Below, piece after piece: positions 49,181-58,918 of a stretch of 64,000 nucleotides of DNA. Position 1 is the first letter of the stretch. The number at the start of each line of letters is the position of its first letter. The position numbers and the translations under genes were made by a program. The DNA is taken from positions 1,755,271 to 1,819,270 of the forward strand of contig OY763325.1 in the NCBI GenBank assembly GCA_963667315.1, in the 5' to 3' direction. The notes under the pieces were generated by a model, which was given only the letters and a program-made list of their open reading frames with translations, made no database searches and was not told where the DNA came from. This DNA comes from an uncultured Thermotogae bacterium (GTDB lineage Bacteria; Thermotogota; Thermotogae; MWEM01).

Positions 49181-50428
49181 ATGGGTAAGAATTTGATTTA
49201 CGCTCAATCCGGTGGGGTCACATCCGTTATCAACGCATCGGCATACGGGGCCATAACGGCCGCATTGAACAACCCGGAAATAGACAGGGTTTATGCTGGA
49301 AAAAGTGGTATACAAGGTATTCTGGACGAGGATCTTTATATCATGAACGATGAAAAAAGAAAGGAGATCGAAAGAATTGCCTATACACCGGGAGGCATAT
49401 TCGGTTCCTGCAGGGTAAAGATAAAAGAGGAAAGCCAATTGAAGAGAATCTTCGACGTGTTCGCCGCTCATGACATCGGCTATTTTCTTTACAACGGTGG
49501 AAATGACTCGATGGAAACCGCTCATACCGTATCCGAATACGCCAGAAAACACGGCTATGATCTTCAAGTTATGGGAATTCCAAAAACCGTCGACAACGAC
49601 CTGATGTATACGGATCATTGTCCGGGTTTCGGATCCGCCGCAAAATTCACGGCAACGGCCATACTGGAAGCGACAAGGGACCTGCGTTCAATGGCATCAT
49701 CCTCAACAAAGGTCTTCATTCTTGAATCCATGGGCAGACATGCTGGATGGCTGGCCGCTTCGGCATCCCTGGCACAGGAAAACGATCTGAACGCCGCTTC
49801 CATTATCCTGTTGCCCGAAGTTGCCTTCTCGAAAGAAAAATTCCTGGCGAGAGTGGATGAAGAAATCCGATTGAACGGTTTCTGTTCCATCGTTGCATCA
49901 GAGGCCTTAAAGGATGAAAACGATGCGTTTATTTCAACGGCAGGGTACAAAGATAATTTTGGAAATGTCCAGTTGGGAAAGATATGCAATGAACTGGAAA
50001 AGATGGTGTGGGAAGATCTCGGTGTCAAGGTTCACACCGGGCTGCCTGATTATCTTCAGAGATCTTCAAGACATATCGCAAGTCTCACCGACTGGCAGGA
50101 TGCCATAGAAGTCGGTGCAAGAGCTGTTCTGTGGATGACTCAGGATGGCGCAACCGACAAGATGGTCAGCATCGTCCGTGATATGGACAGGCCTTATCTC
50201 AGACATTTCGAAACGGTAGAGCTGGGAAAGGTTGCAGGAGAGACCAAAGAACTGCCGTCAGAATATATAGATGAAAGCGGTTTTAACGTAACGGAAGGCT
50301 TCAAGAGATATGCACAGCCCCTCATCACCGGAGAGGCACCGAATCATTATATGTACGGTATTCCCGTATACGCCCATCTCGAATACAGGATGGAAGATAA
50401 GAAGTTGCCTCAACAGATTTCATCGTAA
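49181..50428 (+). CDS. pfp: 6-phosphofructokinase, probably PPi-dependent
   Basis: AQSGG, GSCR, GGNDS (Asp of the PPi type), PKTVDND, MGR; own TGGTATAAT at 49121-49129. Confidence 0.85.
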   Translation: MGKNLIYAQSGGVTSVINASAYGAITAALNNPEIDRVYAGKSGIQGILDEDLYIMNDEKRKEIERIAYTPGGIFGSCRVKIKEESQLKRIFDVFAAHDIGYFLYNGGNDSMETAHTVSEYARKHGYDLQVMGIPKTVDNDLMYTDHCPGFGSAAKFTATAILEATRDLRSMASSSTKVFILESMGRHAGWLAASASLAQENDLNAASIILLPEVAFSKEKFLARVDEEIRLNGFCSIVASEALKDENDAFISTAGYKDNFGNVQLGKICNELEKMVWEDLGVKVHTGLPDYLQRSSRHIASLTDWQDAIEVGARAVLWMTQDGATDKMVSIVRDMDRPYLRHFETVELGKVAGETKELPSEYIDESGFNVTEGFKRYAQPLITGEAPNHYMYGIPVYAHLEYRMEDKKLPQQISS

Positions 50429-50477
50429 CAAAAGACGCAAGACATTCCGTCAATAAATAGAAAGAAATTCAGAAAAA

Positions 50478-50545
50478 GGGCAACTCGTGATCTTTCCAAA
50501 GGAAGGGTCCAGAGAATTTCGAAAATTCCCATGAGTTGCCCCTAC
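50478..50545 (+). repeat. REP-like palindrome with two inserted hairpins, adjacent to the lpdA SD
   Basis: GGGCAACTCGTG / CATGAGTTGCCC(CTAC) enclosing ATCTTTCC-AAA-GGAAGGGT and GAATTT-CGA-AAATTC. Confidence 0.65.
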
Positions 50546-50560
50546 ACGGGGAGGTAAGAA

Positions 50561-51940
50561 ATGAAAGAATTTGATCTGATCATCATAGGTGCCGGTCCGG
50601 GAGGATATGTAGGAGCCATCAGAGCATCACAGCTCGGTTTAAAGACGGCTATCGTGGAAAAAGACAAGGCGGGTGGTGTCTGTCTGAACATCGGGTGTAT
50701 CCCATCCAAATCACTCATCCATCAGGCTGAAAAATTCAACGCCATCAAAGATCTTGAAAAGATGGGTGTCAAAGTCGATACAACTGAATTCGATTACAAA
50801 CAGGTCTTCAAGAAATCGAGACTGGCTTCAAAGAAACTTTCAAAGGGTGTTGAATTCCTTTTAAAGAAAAACAAGGTAGACTATTTCGCAGGAGAAGCGA
50901 AGTTCGTCGATGCCAAGACACTCAAAATAAACGATGAAGAGGAAATAAAGGCGGAAAACATCATCATCGCAACCGGTTCAAGACCGAGACAGATACCGGG
51001 TTTTGGATTCGATGAAGAAAAGGTTCTCAGCTCAACGGGAGCGCTTATGCTTGAAAAATTGCCGAAGAGCATTCTTATTCTCGGAAGTGGTGCCATCGGA
51101 ATGGAATTCACGCATGTCATGAACGCTTTCGGCGTGGAAGTTCATCTCGTCGAAATGATGGATACCCTTCTGCCGACAGAAGACAGGGATATCAGCGAAG
51201 AACTCGAAAAGGCATTCAAGAAGCGAAAGGTCAAGATGTATACGGGAACAAAGGCAACCGGCTACGAAGAAACACCGGAAGGGTTGAAGGTAACCCTTGA
51301 AGCCAAAGACGGTACAACATCTGAAGTCGTTGTTGAACAGATTCTTGTTGCTGTGGGAAGAGCAACAAATATCGAGAACATCGGACTTGAAACCATCGGT
51401 GTCAAAACTGAAAGAGGCTTCATCGCCGTCGGCGATTATTATGAAACATCCGTAAAGGGCGTCTATGCCGTTGGAGATGTTGTGGCCTCACCGCTCCTGG
51501 CCCACGTTGCCTCAAAGGAAGCGGAAATCGCCGTCGAACATATCGCGGGCCGAACAGTCAAACCCAAACTCGATGACAGACTCATACCGGGTGCCGTTTA
51601 CTGCGAACCGGAAGTTGGGAGCTTTGGTCTCAAGGAAAAGGACATTGACCCTGAAACAATGGTCGTTTCAAAATTCCCCTACAAGGCAATCGGAAAAGCA
51701 ACAGCGGTTGAACAGGCTGAAGGTTTCTTCAAGCTCATTACGGATAAAGATACGGGGAGACTCCTTGGTGCTTCCGTCATCGGTGCACAGGCAACGGAAC
51801 TCATTCATGAACTGCTTCTCGCCAAAGATATGAAGATATCAATGGAAAAGGTAGCAGAACTCATTCACGCTCACCCAACACTCTCGGAAGGGCTCATGGA
51901 AGCCGCCAGAATGTCACAGGGATGGGCTATTCACGTATGA
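50561..51940 (+). CDS. lpdA: Dihydrolipoamide dehydrogenase
   Basis: GAGPGG, GGVCLNIGCIPSK, GSGAIG.E, LAH.A..E, HAHPTLSE. Confidence 0.95.
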   Translation: MKEFDLIIIGAGPGGYVGAIRASQLGLKTAIVEKDKAGGVCLNIGCIPSKSLIHQAEKFNAIKDLEKMGVKVDTTEFDYKQVFKKSRLASKKLSKGVEFLLKKNKVDYFAGEAKFVDAKTLKINDEEEIKAENIIIATGSRPRQIPGFGFDEEKVLSSTGALMLEKLPKSILILGSGAIGMEFTHVMNAFGVEVHLVEMMDTLLPTEDRDISEELEKAFKKRKVKMYTGTKATGYEETPEGLKVTLEAKDGTTSEVVVEQILVAVGRATNIENIGLETIGVKTERGFIAVGDYYETSVKGVYAVGDVVASPLLAHVASKEAEIAVEHIAGRTVKPKLDDRLIPGAVYCEPEVGSFGLKEKDIDPETMVVSKFPYKAIGKATAVEQAEGFFKLITDKDTGRLLGASVIGAQATELIHELLLAKDMKISMEKVAELIHAHPTLSEGLMEAARMSQGWAIHV

Positions 51941-51965
51941 TAAATCTTAAAAGGGGTGATCGTTA

Positions 51966-52235
51966 ATGCCCAACTGGTTATATGCCATACCGGCAATATT
52001 CTTTTTTGCCACCGGACTCATCAAATACGCCAAGTCCGGCGGACAGAAACTCATCATGCTGGGAGATTTCCTGATCTCTCTCGGATTCCTTTATCAGCTG
52101 GTATTCCCGTCACAGATGGTCGGTTTTATCATCGCCGCAGCAGGTGTTATCGCTGACATGGTACTCTTCTCAATCGTCGCAAAGAAAACCAAAGAAAGAC
52201 AAAAACGAGAAAATCAGAACAACGGACAGGAATAA
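51966..52235 (+). CDS. Small membrane protein (about 3 TM)
   Basis: 89-aa hydrophobic ORF, GGGGTGA SD, terminator downstream. Confidence 0.65.
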   Translation: MPNWLYAIPAIFFFATGLIKYAKSGGQKLIMLGDFLISLGFLYQLVFPSQMVGFIIAAAGVIADMVLFSIVAKKTKERQKRENQNNGQE

Positions 52236-52240
52236 AAGTT

Positions 52241-52268
52241 AAGAGGCAGGTTATCAAACCTGCCTCTT
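52241..52268 (+). terminator. Intrinsic terminator
   Basis: AAGAGGCAGGTT-ATCA-AACCTGCCTCTT. Confidence 0.8.
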
Positions 52269-52433
52269 CGTTTATCGGGAAACCCATCTGATTTTAGCCG
52301 CTTTCCTTTCTCAAATGACTTTCAGAGAAAATAAAAAACAAAATAACTTACGTCAAAAGAGTATAATCATAATACACAGAAAAAACTAAAGAAGATTATT
52401 CATAGAGACAACAACATCCGGGAGGTGGATGTG

Positions 52434-52841
52434 ATGAAAAAGGCAATCCTATTTTTGGCACTGTTTCTCATCTGTGTTACCGCTTTCTCCTATACACTTG
52501 GTATCCAGGGAAAATATGTCAGCGTTAATATTGCCGGTTTTTACCGGGCAATGCAGGTCACCTATGTGTATCCGAATTCCGTCGCCAGCAGATTCCTTCA
52601 CCCGGGGGATCTGATTATTGCGGCATCGTATGCGGCAATCTATGCACCGGGTATCGAAAACAACACGGTTATGAACATTTCCGGGCAGTATATCTACAAT
52701 TTATCCGGCTACTATGACTTTGCGATCAGTTCCGAACAGTATTTTATGGATGTTGTCTCGGGCATCGGGAGTCCGGCAGCGGTGATTACGTTTGTCATTT
52801 ACAGGAACGGCTCCTATATCGAGTATATCTTGGGTTATTAA
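52434..52841 (+). CDS. Secreted stand-alone PDZ-like protein (homolog of 45181-45792)
   Basis: Signal peptide; TLGIQ, MQVTYVYPNSVA..LHPGDLII, ITFVIYRNG. Confidence 0.7.
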   Translation: MKKAILFLALFLICVTAFSYTLGIQGKYVSVNIAGFYRAMQVTYVYPNSVASRFLHPGDLIIAASYAAIYAPGIENNTVMNISGQYIYNLSGYYDFAISSEQYFMDVVSGIGSPAAVITFVIYRNGSYIEYILGY

Positions 52842-52900
52842 AAACCATCTACATGTATAAACTCGGAACAACAAAACGTTGGTCAAGTACTGTAATAATC

Positions 52901-52934
52901 GCTGCATCCTGTTCCCGATCAGGATGCAGCTTTT
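52901..52934. terminator. Terminator between convergent genes
   Basis: GCTGCATCCTG-N8-CAGGATGCAGC-TTTT. Confidence 0.75.
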
Positions 52935-52937
52935 CTA

Positions 52938-54179
52938 TTATAGTGCGGAGATCTCCTCTTCCTTCTTCTTCTGACAATTCTTCTGAATGACAAAATTTGC
53001 TCTTCCCAGTGCCGTCATGATCTGCAGATAAAAATACACGAATCCGACAAAATAACCGATCGTCAATAGATAACAAACGGTATGTCCAACCGTTTTTAAC
53101 GGGTTTTCACGGGTTAAGACAACCGAAAATGCCAGCTGCATACCGGTGATGATTCCGACTACTATGGCAACCAGTGCGATCCCCGGACTAACGGGGTTGA
53201 AAAGAGCTGAAAAGATGAGCGTGAAGAGGATATTTCCCAGGGTCAGGAGTGGGAGTTCCTGTGTCAGATAATAGGGAAATCCCATCTTCAACCAGTTGAA
53301 GCGCTGTTTTAAAAAATCTCCGAAGGTCTCAGGTGCCCTTTCTGAAGCGGAAAGTGTCAGAAAAAAGTCGATACGATCCGTTTTCTTTTTGATCGTCTTC
53401 AGGAAATAATTGTCCTCGCTGAGGCTTTCTTGATCATAATGAAACCCCTTTACGATTTTGGAACGGACAAAATACCCTGAACCCGGAAAGTTTGCGGGTT
53501 GCAATTTCAGGAGCTGCAGTCCCATATTCATGAGTTCTTCTTTATCCGCCATTTTACAGGGCAGACACGCTTTCAGATCATTACGCCGTGTGATATGCAG
53601 CACATCCGTCTTTCGCCCGTTCATAGCGGAAATTGCATGGTTGAAATCCTTTTTTGTGATGCGTGTATCGGAATCTATTACCAGAAAATAATCGCATTCA
53701 ACATGATTAAAGGCATCTTCTATCGCAAATGCCTTCGGATGAATCTGAAACGCCTTCTTTTTTAATCGCTTGAGGACAAAGCGTCCCCCATAGCCTTCCG
53801 TTAACCCTTCCAATTTTTCGAAACTTCCATCCGTAGAATGATCATCGTAGAGAACAAAATGAACATTCTCCGAAAAACGCAAATAATGTTTGACCGCTTC
53901 GATAATCGTTTCTCCCTCATTTTTACAAACCGTCGTGACACAGACTGTTGTTGTTTCATCGAATAAATTCGCGGCATACGCCGCCTCTTCTATCCTTTTC
54001 TGTCTGTAAACCTTTATCAGGGTCAGACAAAAAAAGAGACCCAAAGTCAGGAAAAGTGCAGGAATTGAAAGCAGCATCATCTCGGAATCGGACCAGAAAT
54101 TGACAAAGATTCCCGTTATCACGATGATGATGAGTTGAATGATTGCCCTTTTTCGTATTTTCTCCATCGGTTTTACCAC
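52938..54179 (-). CDS. Membrane GT2 glycosyltransferase
   Basis: KNE, DDHSTD, KAFA, DSD, SED, QRFNW; N- and C-terminal TM helices. Confidence 0.85.
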   Translation of the reverse strand: MVKPMEKIRKRAIIQLIIIVITGIFVNFWSDSEMMLLSIPALFLTLGLFFCLTLIKVYRQKRIEEAAYAANLFDETTTVCVTTVCKNEGETIIEAVKHYLRFSENVHFVLYDDHSTDGSFEKLEGLTEGYGGRFVLKRLKKKAFQIHPKAFAIEDAFNHVECDYFLVIDSDTRITKKDFNHAISAMNGRKTDVLHITRRNDLKACLPCKMADKEELMNMGLQLLKLQPANFPGSGYFVRSKIVKGFHYDQESLSEDNYFLKTIKKKTDRIDFFLTLSASERAPETFGDFLKQRFNWLKMGFPYYLTQELPLLTLGNILFTLIFSALFNPVSPGIALVAIVVGIITGMQLAFSVVLTRENPLKTVGHTVCYLLTIGYFVGFVYFYLQIMTALGRANFVIQKNCQKKKEEEISAL

Positions 54180-54312
54180 GTCCTTTCAGTCTATTTTAAC
54201 ATTTAACTAAGATTTTGCAAATAGATATTTAATTTCCGGGAAGGGAATAATCCTAAATTAACGCCGTCTATTATTATATGAAAACAACAAAAGTTACCTC
54301 TCCCCTTTAAAA

Positions 54313-54352
54313 AAAGATGGTTCCTTCGCGAAGAAACCATCTTTATTTTTTT
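54313..54352 (+). terminator. Terminator-like hairpin in a divergent intergenic region
   Basis: AAAGATGGTT-CCTTCGCGAAGA-AACCATCTTT-ATTTTTTT. Confidence 0.65.
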
Positions 54353-54410
54353 ATGCTATAATCCCTTAGACGGAAACGATTAAGATTTATTTTATACGGA
54401 GGTTAAGTAA

Positions 54411-54995
54411 ATGAACATCAAACAACTCGAAAAGCCTGTAAAAGGCGAAGAACTCTGCGTCATTCACACAACTGCAGGGGATATCACAGTAAGACTTTTT
54501 GATGACCTGGTTCCCAAGACGGTTGAAAATTTCAAGACACATGCAAAGGAAAATTATTACAACGATACGATATTCCACAGAACCATACAGGATTTCATGA
54601 TTCAGGGAGGAGATCCGACCGGAACGGGAAGAGGTGGAGAAAGCATCTGGGGAAACAGTTTTGAAGATGAATTCAGCCCTGAACTCGTTCACTTCAAAGG
54701 TGCCCTGTCCATGGCAAATGCCGGTCCCAATACGAACGGCAGTCAATTCTTTATCGTTCAGAATTCAAAGATGACGGAAGACTACGTCAACCATTTCCCC
54801 CTCACCGATGAACAGAAGAAGACGTATGTTGAACTGGGCGGCACCCCGCATCTCGACAACAAACATTCCGTGTTCGGGCAAGTCGTGGATGGTATGGATA
54901 TCGTGGATAAGATTGCCGGAATGGAAGTCGATTATATGGACAAACCGACAAATCCTGTTGCCATCACTTCCATCGATTTTGAAGTCGTTGAATAA
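54411..54995 (+). CDS. Cyclophilin-type peptidyl-prolyl isomerase
   Basis: [44 protein letters not shown]. Confidence 0.96.
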   Translation: MNIKQLEKPVKGEELCVIHTTAGDITVRLFDDLVPKTVENFKTHAKENYYNDTIFHRTIQDFMIQGGDPTGTGRGGESIWGNSFEDEFSPELVHFKGALSMANAGPNTNGSQFFIVQNSKMTEDYVNHFPLTDEQKKTYVELGGTPHLDNKHSVFGQVVDGMDIVDKIAGMEVDYMDKPTNPVAITSIDFEVVE

Positions 54996-55010
54996 TCAGT
55001 ATGATCAATC

Positions 55011-55043
55011 AAAATCCCGTCTTTTCAAGACGGGATTTTTTTT
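55011..55043. terminator. Bidirectional intrinsic terminator
   Basis: AAAATCCCGTCTT-TTC-AAGACGGGATTTTTTTT. Confidence 0.85.
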
Positions 55044-55044
55044 C

Positions 55045-56190
55045 TTATATTCCGATAAATAGCTTCTTATATTTCGTCGGTAATTTTTTTATCCTGAAGA
55101 TAGACAGATAGGAGAGCGTCAACCCTATGGCCGACAGGATGAAAAATGCCGGTAATGGAGAAATCTCCGGAAAAAAACGTTTCTTGAAAAAATAGAAGAT
55201 AAACCATTGATACGGCATATGGATATAGAACGGAATGATGGAATAGCGCCCCATCGTACTGAATCGCTTCATCAGTTCCATGAACCACCCTTTTTCCCTT
55301 GAAATAAGCCATTTCACACATCTGCTGTACAGGAACATCATCATCATGGAATTCAATAATGAAAAGACGGTAAAATGATCCATCACGAAAAAGGCATCCC
55401 ATTTTTCCGACAGCATCAAGATCTCGGCAATCGAGATACTGAAAAACAGGACGAGCAGTATCCCGTTGAGAACAGGGTGATTGTCCTCTATGAGTTCCTT
55501 CTTTTTTGCCCCTTTGTAATAACCCCATATCAGCGGGATCACCCATGCCAATGGATTTGAATAGGCAAGAATTCCCAGCTTTTGTAAGGCTTCCTGGCTC
55601 GCCTCAGCGGTCCAGAGATAATCCGTTATCATGTAATAAAACAGGAACTGGAGAAGGACGGCAACGATCAAATACCCCTTAAGCCTTTCAATCGGAACGT
55701 CTTTGAAATATAATAAGCCGAGCATGGCAAACAGAAAAATAGCGATAAAATAGTACTGCCATGAGATTGAAAAACTGAAAACCGAAACCACATAATCAAC
55801 GGGCAGGAAAAGACCCCCCGTAAAAATCGCGGTGTTGTTGATGGCATCATATCCCGGTCCGAGGATGATGAAAGAGGTCCAGGCGATCGAGGCCCAGGCG
55901 ATATAGGAAACAAACATTCTTTTTGCCCTGTAGCGTACTTTCTGCTTGTTTGCCCGGTGTCTTCCAAGCCCTTGTGAATAACCGAAGAAGCAGAAAAAAC
56001 CAAACACACAGGGGCCCAGTATCTTCGACAGAATTCCGAAGAACACCCTGTCCACACCGGATGTCACTTCCGGTACGACCAGTAATATGGCATGGCCGAT
56101 GATCACAAAGGAGATTAAAAACCCTTTGAAGACATTCATATACAGTAAATCATTTTTCGCTGAATCCATAAACTGCTCCTTAAATCCCAA
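55045..56190 (-). CDS. Acyltransferase_3-like polytopic membrane protein, copy 1
   Basis: KG.LI.FVIIGH, F..FGY, R.KR.F..Y..W, QYYFI, GRYS; about 10 TM. Confidence 0.75.
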   Translation of the reverse strand: MGFKEQFMDSAKNDLLYMNVFKGFLISFVIIGHAILLVVPEVTSGVDRVFFGILSKILGPCVFGFFCFFGYSQGLGRHRANKQKVRYRAKRMFVSYIAWASIAWTSFIILGPGYDAINNTAIFTGGLFLPVDYVVSVFSFSISWQYYFIAIFLFAMLGLLYFKDVPIERLKGYLIVAVLLQFLFYYMITDYLWTAEASQEALQKLGILAYSNPLAWVIPLIWGYYKGAKKKELIEDNHPVLNGILLVLFFSISIAEILMLSEKWDAFFVMDHFTVFSLLNSMMMMFLYSRCVKWLISREKGWFMELMKRFSTMGRYSIIPFYIHMPYQWFIFYFFKKRFFPEISPLPAFFILSAIGLTLSYLSIFRIKKLPTKYKKLFIGI

Positions 56191-57304
56191 GAAATAACTT
56201 CTTCTGCTTTTTCGGTAATCTTCGAATCCCGATGATGGCTAAATAGGAGATCAGCAGGCCGATTACCGATATAATTATAAACGATAAAATCGTATTCTGT
56301 ACGTTCAGAACGGTTGTATTCAAAAAATAGAAAATAAACCATTGATACGGCATATGGACGTAAAACGGAATAATGGAATACATCCCCATCGTACTCATCT
56401 TGTCCAATCCCCCTTTGATCCATCCGGCTTTCATCGAAAGCAGCCGCTCGACGATCTTTTTATATAAAAACATCATCAGGATTGAATTGACGAGTGTTAA
56501 CAGGGTAAAATGGTCCATCACACAATACGCACCCCATTTATCCGACAGAATGGTAATTTCAACAACGGAAAGGATAAAAAAAACGATCTGCAAAGGGATC
56601 AGAAATCCTTTGTTGAAATGGCCGAAGATATCCTTTTTCACCGCTCCCCTGTAATAGCCCCAGAAAAGAGGAATCAACCATGATAAGGGGTTCGCATAGG
56701 TGATAATGCCGAGCAGCTGCATCGTCTTTGATTCGGGAGCTGCCCCCCATAGAACCGCGGTAATGACCCCGTAAAAAACGAACTGAATCACTGTGAACAA
56801 CTGTACCCACTTTTTTAAGTGATCTACGGGAATTTTCCGCATCATAAACATGATGATCATCGCCAAAAGAAATACGGCGATAAAATAGTATTGCCAGGAA
56901 ATGGAAAAAGTGAAAACCGTTCCGAGATAATTAAACGGCAGAAAGACCCCTTCCGTGAACCCTTTTGTATTACAGATCGCATCATACCCTTTACCGATCA
57001 ATTGGAAGGCAATCCATGCAAACGATGCCCACAGGATATAGGTCAGAAATGTATTTTTAAAACGCTTTTTGAATTTTTTAGCACTCGTTTTACCGCGTGA
57101 AGTTCCCTGTGAATATCCGAAGAAACTGAAAAACGCAAAAACACTCGGGATCAGAAATTTCGCGAGTATCATAAAAAAAACCTTTTCAGAAATTGCCGAT
57201 AGATTCGGTAAAACGAGTAAAATGGCGTGACCGATGACGACAAAAGAAATCATCAATCCTTTAAAGACATTTAAATAAAGAATATCTGTATGCTTTCTTT
57301 CCAT
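56180..57304 (-). CDS. Acyltransferase_3-like polytopic membrane protein, copy 2
   Basis: Colinear paralog sharing FSISWQYYFIA, VMDHFT, YSIIPFY.HMPYQWFIFYF; GGAGG SD gives start 57304. Confidence 0.75.
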   Translation of the reverse strand: MERKHTDILYLNVFKGLMISFVVIGHAILLVLPNLSAISEKVFFMILAKFLIPSVFAFFSFFGYSQGTSRGKTSAKKFKKRFKNTFLTYILWASFAWIAFQLIGKGYDAICNTKGFTEGVFLPFNYLGTVFTFSISWQYYFIAVFLLAMIIMFMMRKIPVDHLKKWVQLFTVIQFVFYGVITAVLWGAAPESKTMQLLGIITYANPLSWLIPLFWGYYRGAVKKDIFGHFNKGFLIPLQIVFFILSVVEITILSDKWGAYCVMDHFTLLTLVNSILMMFLYKKIVERLLSMKAGWIKGGLDKMSTMGMYSIIPFYVHMPYQWFIFYFLNTTVLNVQNTILSFIIISVIGLLISYLAIIGIRRLPKKQKKLFLGI

Positions 57305-57391
57305 TCCTCCCCCCACAAAAACAGTCTTCTGATGATATTTTAGCATTTTAACTTTAAAAAAAAGAGAATAACTCTACATATTTATGTTTAA

Positions 57392-58084
57392 TCAATCGAT
57401 GGCAAATTTTACGATTGCCTCCGAATGAAGACGCGTCGTATCAAAAACGGGAACAGGTGAAAATTCATCCGTGATCAGCAGTGGGATCTCAGTGCATCCG
57501 AGAATGACTCCCTGTGCCCCTTTTTCCGAAAGTTTGTAGATAATGTTGATAAAGGCCTTCCGACTTTTATCGCTCAAAATCCCCTTGATCAATTCTTCAT
57601 AGATGACATGATGAACGATTTCCCTGTCTTCCGGTTCGGGTATCAGCGTTTCTATACCATGATTATCCATCAGAACCTTTCGATAAAAATCGCCCTCCAT
57701 CGTAAATTTTGTCCCCAGCAGGGCTACTTTTGAAAAACCATGTTTCTTTATCGCTTCACCCGCTGCATCAGCGATATGAAGAACTTTCAACCCCGTTTCT
57801 TTTTCGATGTCCGGTGCCATCCGGTGCATGGTATTCGTACAGATGGCGATGAATTGTGCGCCCGCCTTCTTTAGATTCATCGCCTCTTCCACCATCAATT
57901 GTGTCATCTTTTCCCAATGGCCCTCACGTTGCAGCCGTTCGATTTCATGAAAATCGAACGCGTAAATCAGACACTTCGCAGAATGCGTATCTCCCAGAAG
58001 TCTTTTCGTTTCCTGATTGATGATCCTGTAATATTCAAGCGTAGATTCCCAGCTCATCCCCCCAAGTAAACCGGCTGTTTTCAT
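57392..58084 (-). CDS. Asp/Glu racemase family (YgeA/RacX-like)
   Basis: GLLGGMSWEST.EYY, ICTNTMH, LGT.FTM, LGCTEI. Confidence 0.92.
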   Translation of the reverse strand: MKTAGLLGGMSWESTLEYYRIINQETKRLLGDTHSAKCLIYAFDFHEIERLQREGHWEKMTQLMVEEAMNLKKAGAQFIAICTNTMHRMAPDIEKETGLKVLHIADAAGEAIKKHGFSKVALLGTKFTMEGDFYRKVLMDNHGIETLIPEPEDREIVHHVIYEELIKGILSDKSRKAFINIIYKLSEKGAQGVILGCTEIPLLITDEFSPVPVFDTTRLHSEAIVKFAID

Positions 58085-58161
58085 ACCCTGTCGCCCCCTC
58101 TATCCTTTAAAAAGATGTTTAATGTATAATAGCATAAGGTTAAGCACAGGAGGAAATAATC

Positions 58162-58848
58162 ATGAATTACGTCGAGCAGATCAAAGAATGTTATTACAGG
58201 AACGGCAATGCCATCAACGCCATCCCCATGAAACACTATTTGAGGGATCAATTTGAATGCATCGGGATAAAAACACCGAAAAGAAGGGAGATCACCCGTC
58301 CCTTCCTGAAAAAGTCAATGCTGCCGCCGATTTCTGATGTGGATGCTGTAATCCGTGAATTCTGGGCACTTGATGGCAGAGAATTTCAGTATTTTGCGCA
58401 GGAACTGGCGATGAAATATCTCAAACAGATTAACAAAGAAGCCATCAAGACCTACGAATTTATGATCGTGAACAAATCCTGGTGGGACACCATCGATATC
58501 ATCGCAAAAAAACTCGTCGGCAATTATATGCTCACCTTTCCCGAAGAAAGGGACGGAATACTTTCAAAATGGCTGGATTCGAATAATATATGGCTGCAGA
58601 GAAGTTGTTTGCTCTTTCAACTGGGCTATAAAGAAGACACAGATGTCAACTGCCTGTTTGATGTGATCAGGCGGTTGAAGACGATTGATGAATTCTTCAT
58701 CCAAAAGGCAATCGGATGGTCTTTAAGAGAATACTCCAAGGTGAATCGAGAAGCCGTTTTTACATTTATAAACGGAACAGCTTTATCGAAACTCGCCCGT
58801 TCAGAGGGGTTGAAAATTATACAAAAACAGATTGAATCCGAAAAATAA
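58162..58848 (+). CDS. DNA alkylation repair protein (AlkD-like glycosylase)
   Basis: GIKTP.RR, REFQY, SWWDTID, NIWLQR, EFFIQKAIGW.LREYSK. Confidence 0.9.
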   Translation: MNYVEQIKECYYRNGNAINAIPMKHYLRDQFECIGIKTPKRREITRPFLKKSMLPPISDVDAVIREFWALDGREFQYFAQELAMKYLKQINKEAIKTYEFMIVNKSWWDTIDIIAKKLVGNYMLTFPEERDGILSKWLDSNNIWLQRSCLLFQLGYKEDTDVNCLFDVIRRLKTIDEFFIQKAIGWSLREYSKVNREAVFTFINGTALSKLARSEGLKIIQKQIESEK

Positions 58849-58918
58849 TCGTTTAAAGCCAAATATATGGTAGAATAAAGAAAATGAACCTTAATTTCTT
58901 TAAAGACGGGTGATTAGA

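Noticed and set aside
46800-50500. Prophage or ICE around the CI-like repressor
   Set aside because: No integrase, cro, replication, terminase or structural genes and no att-like repeats seen; the flanks are ordinary chromosomal genes
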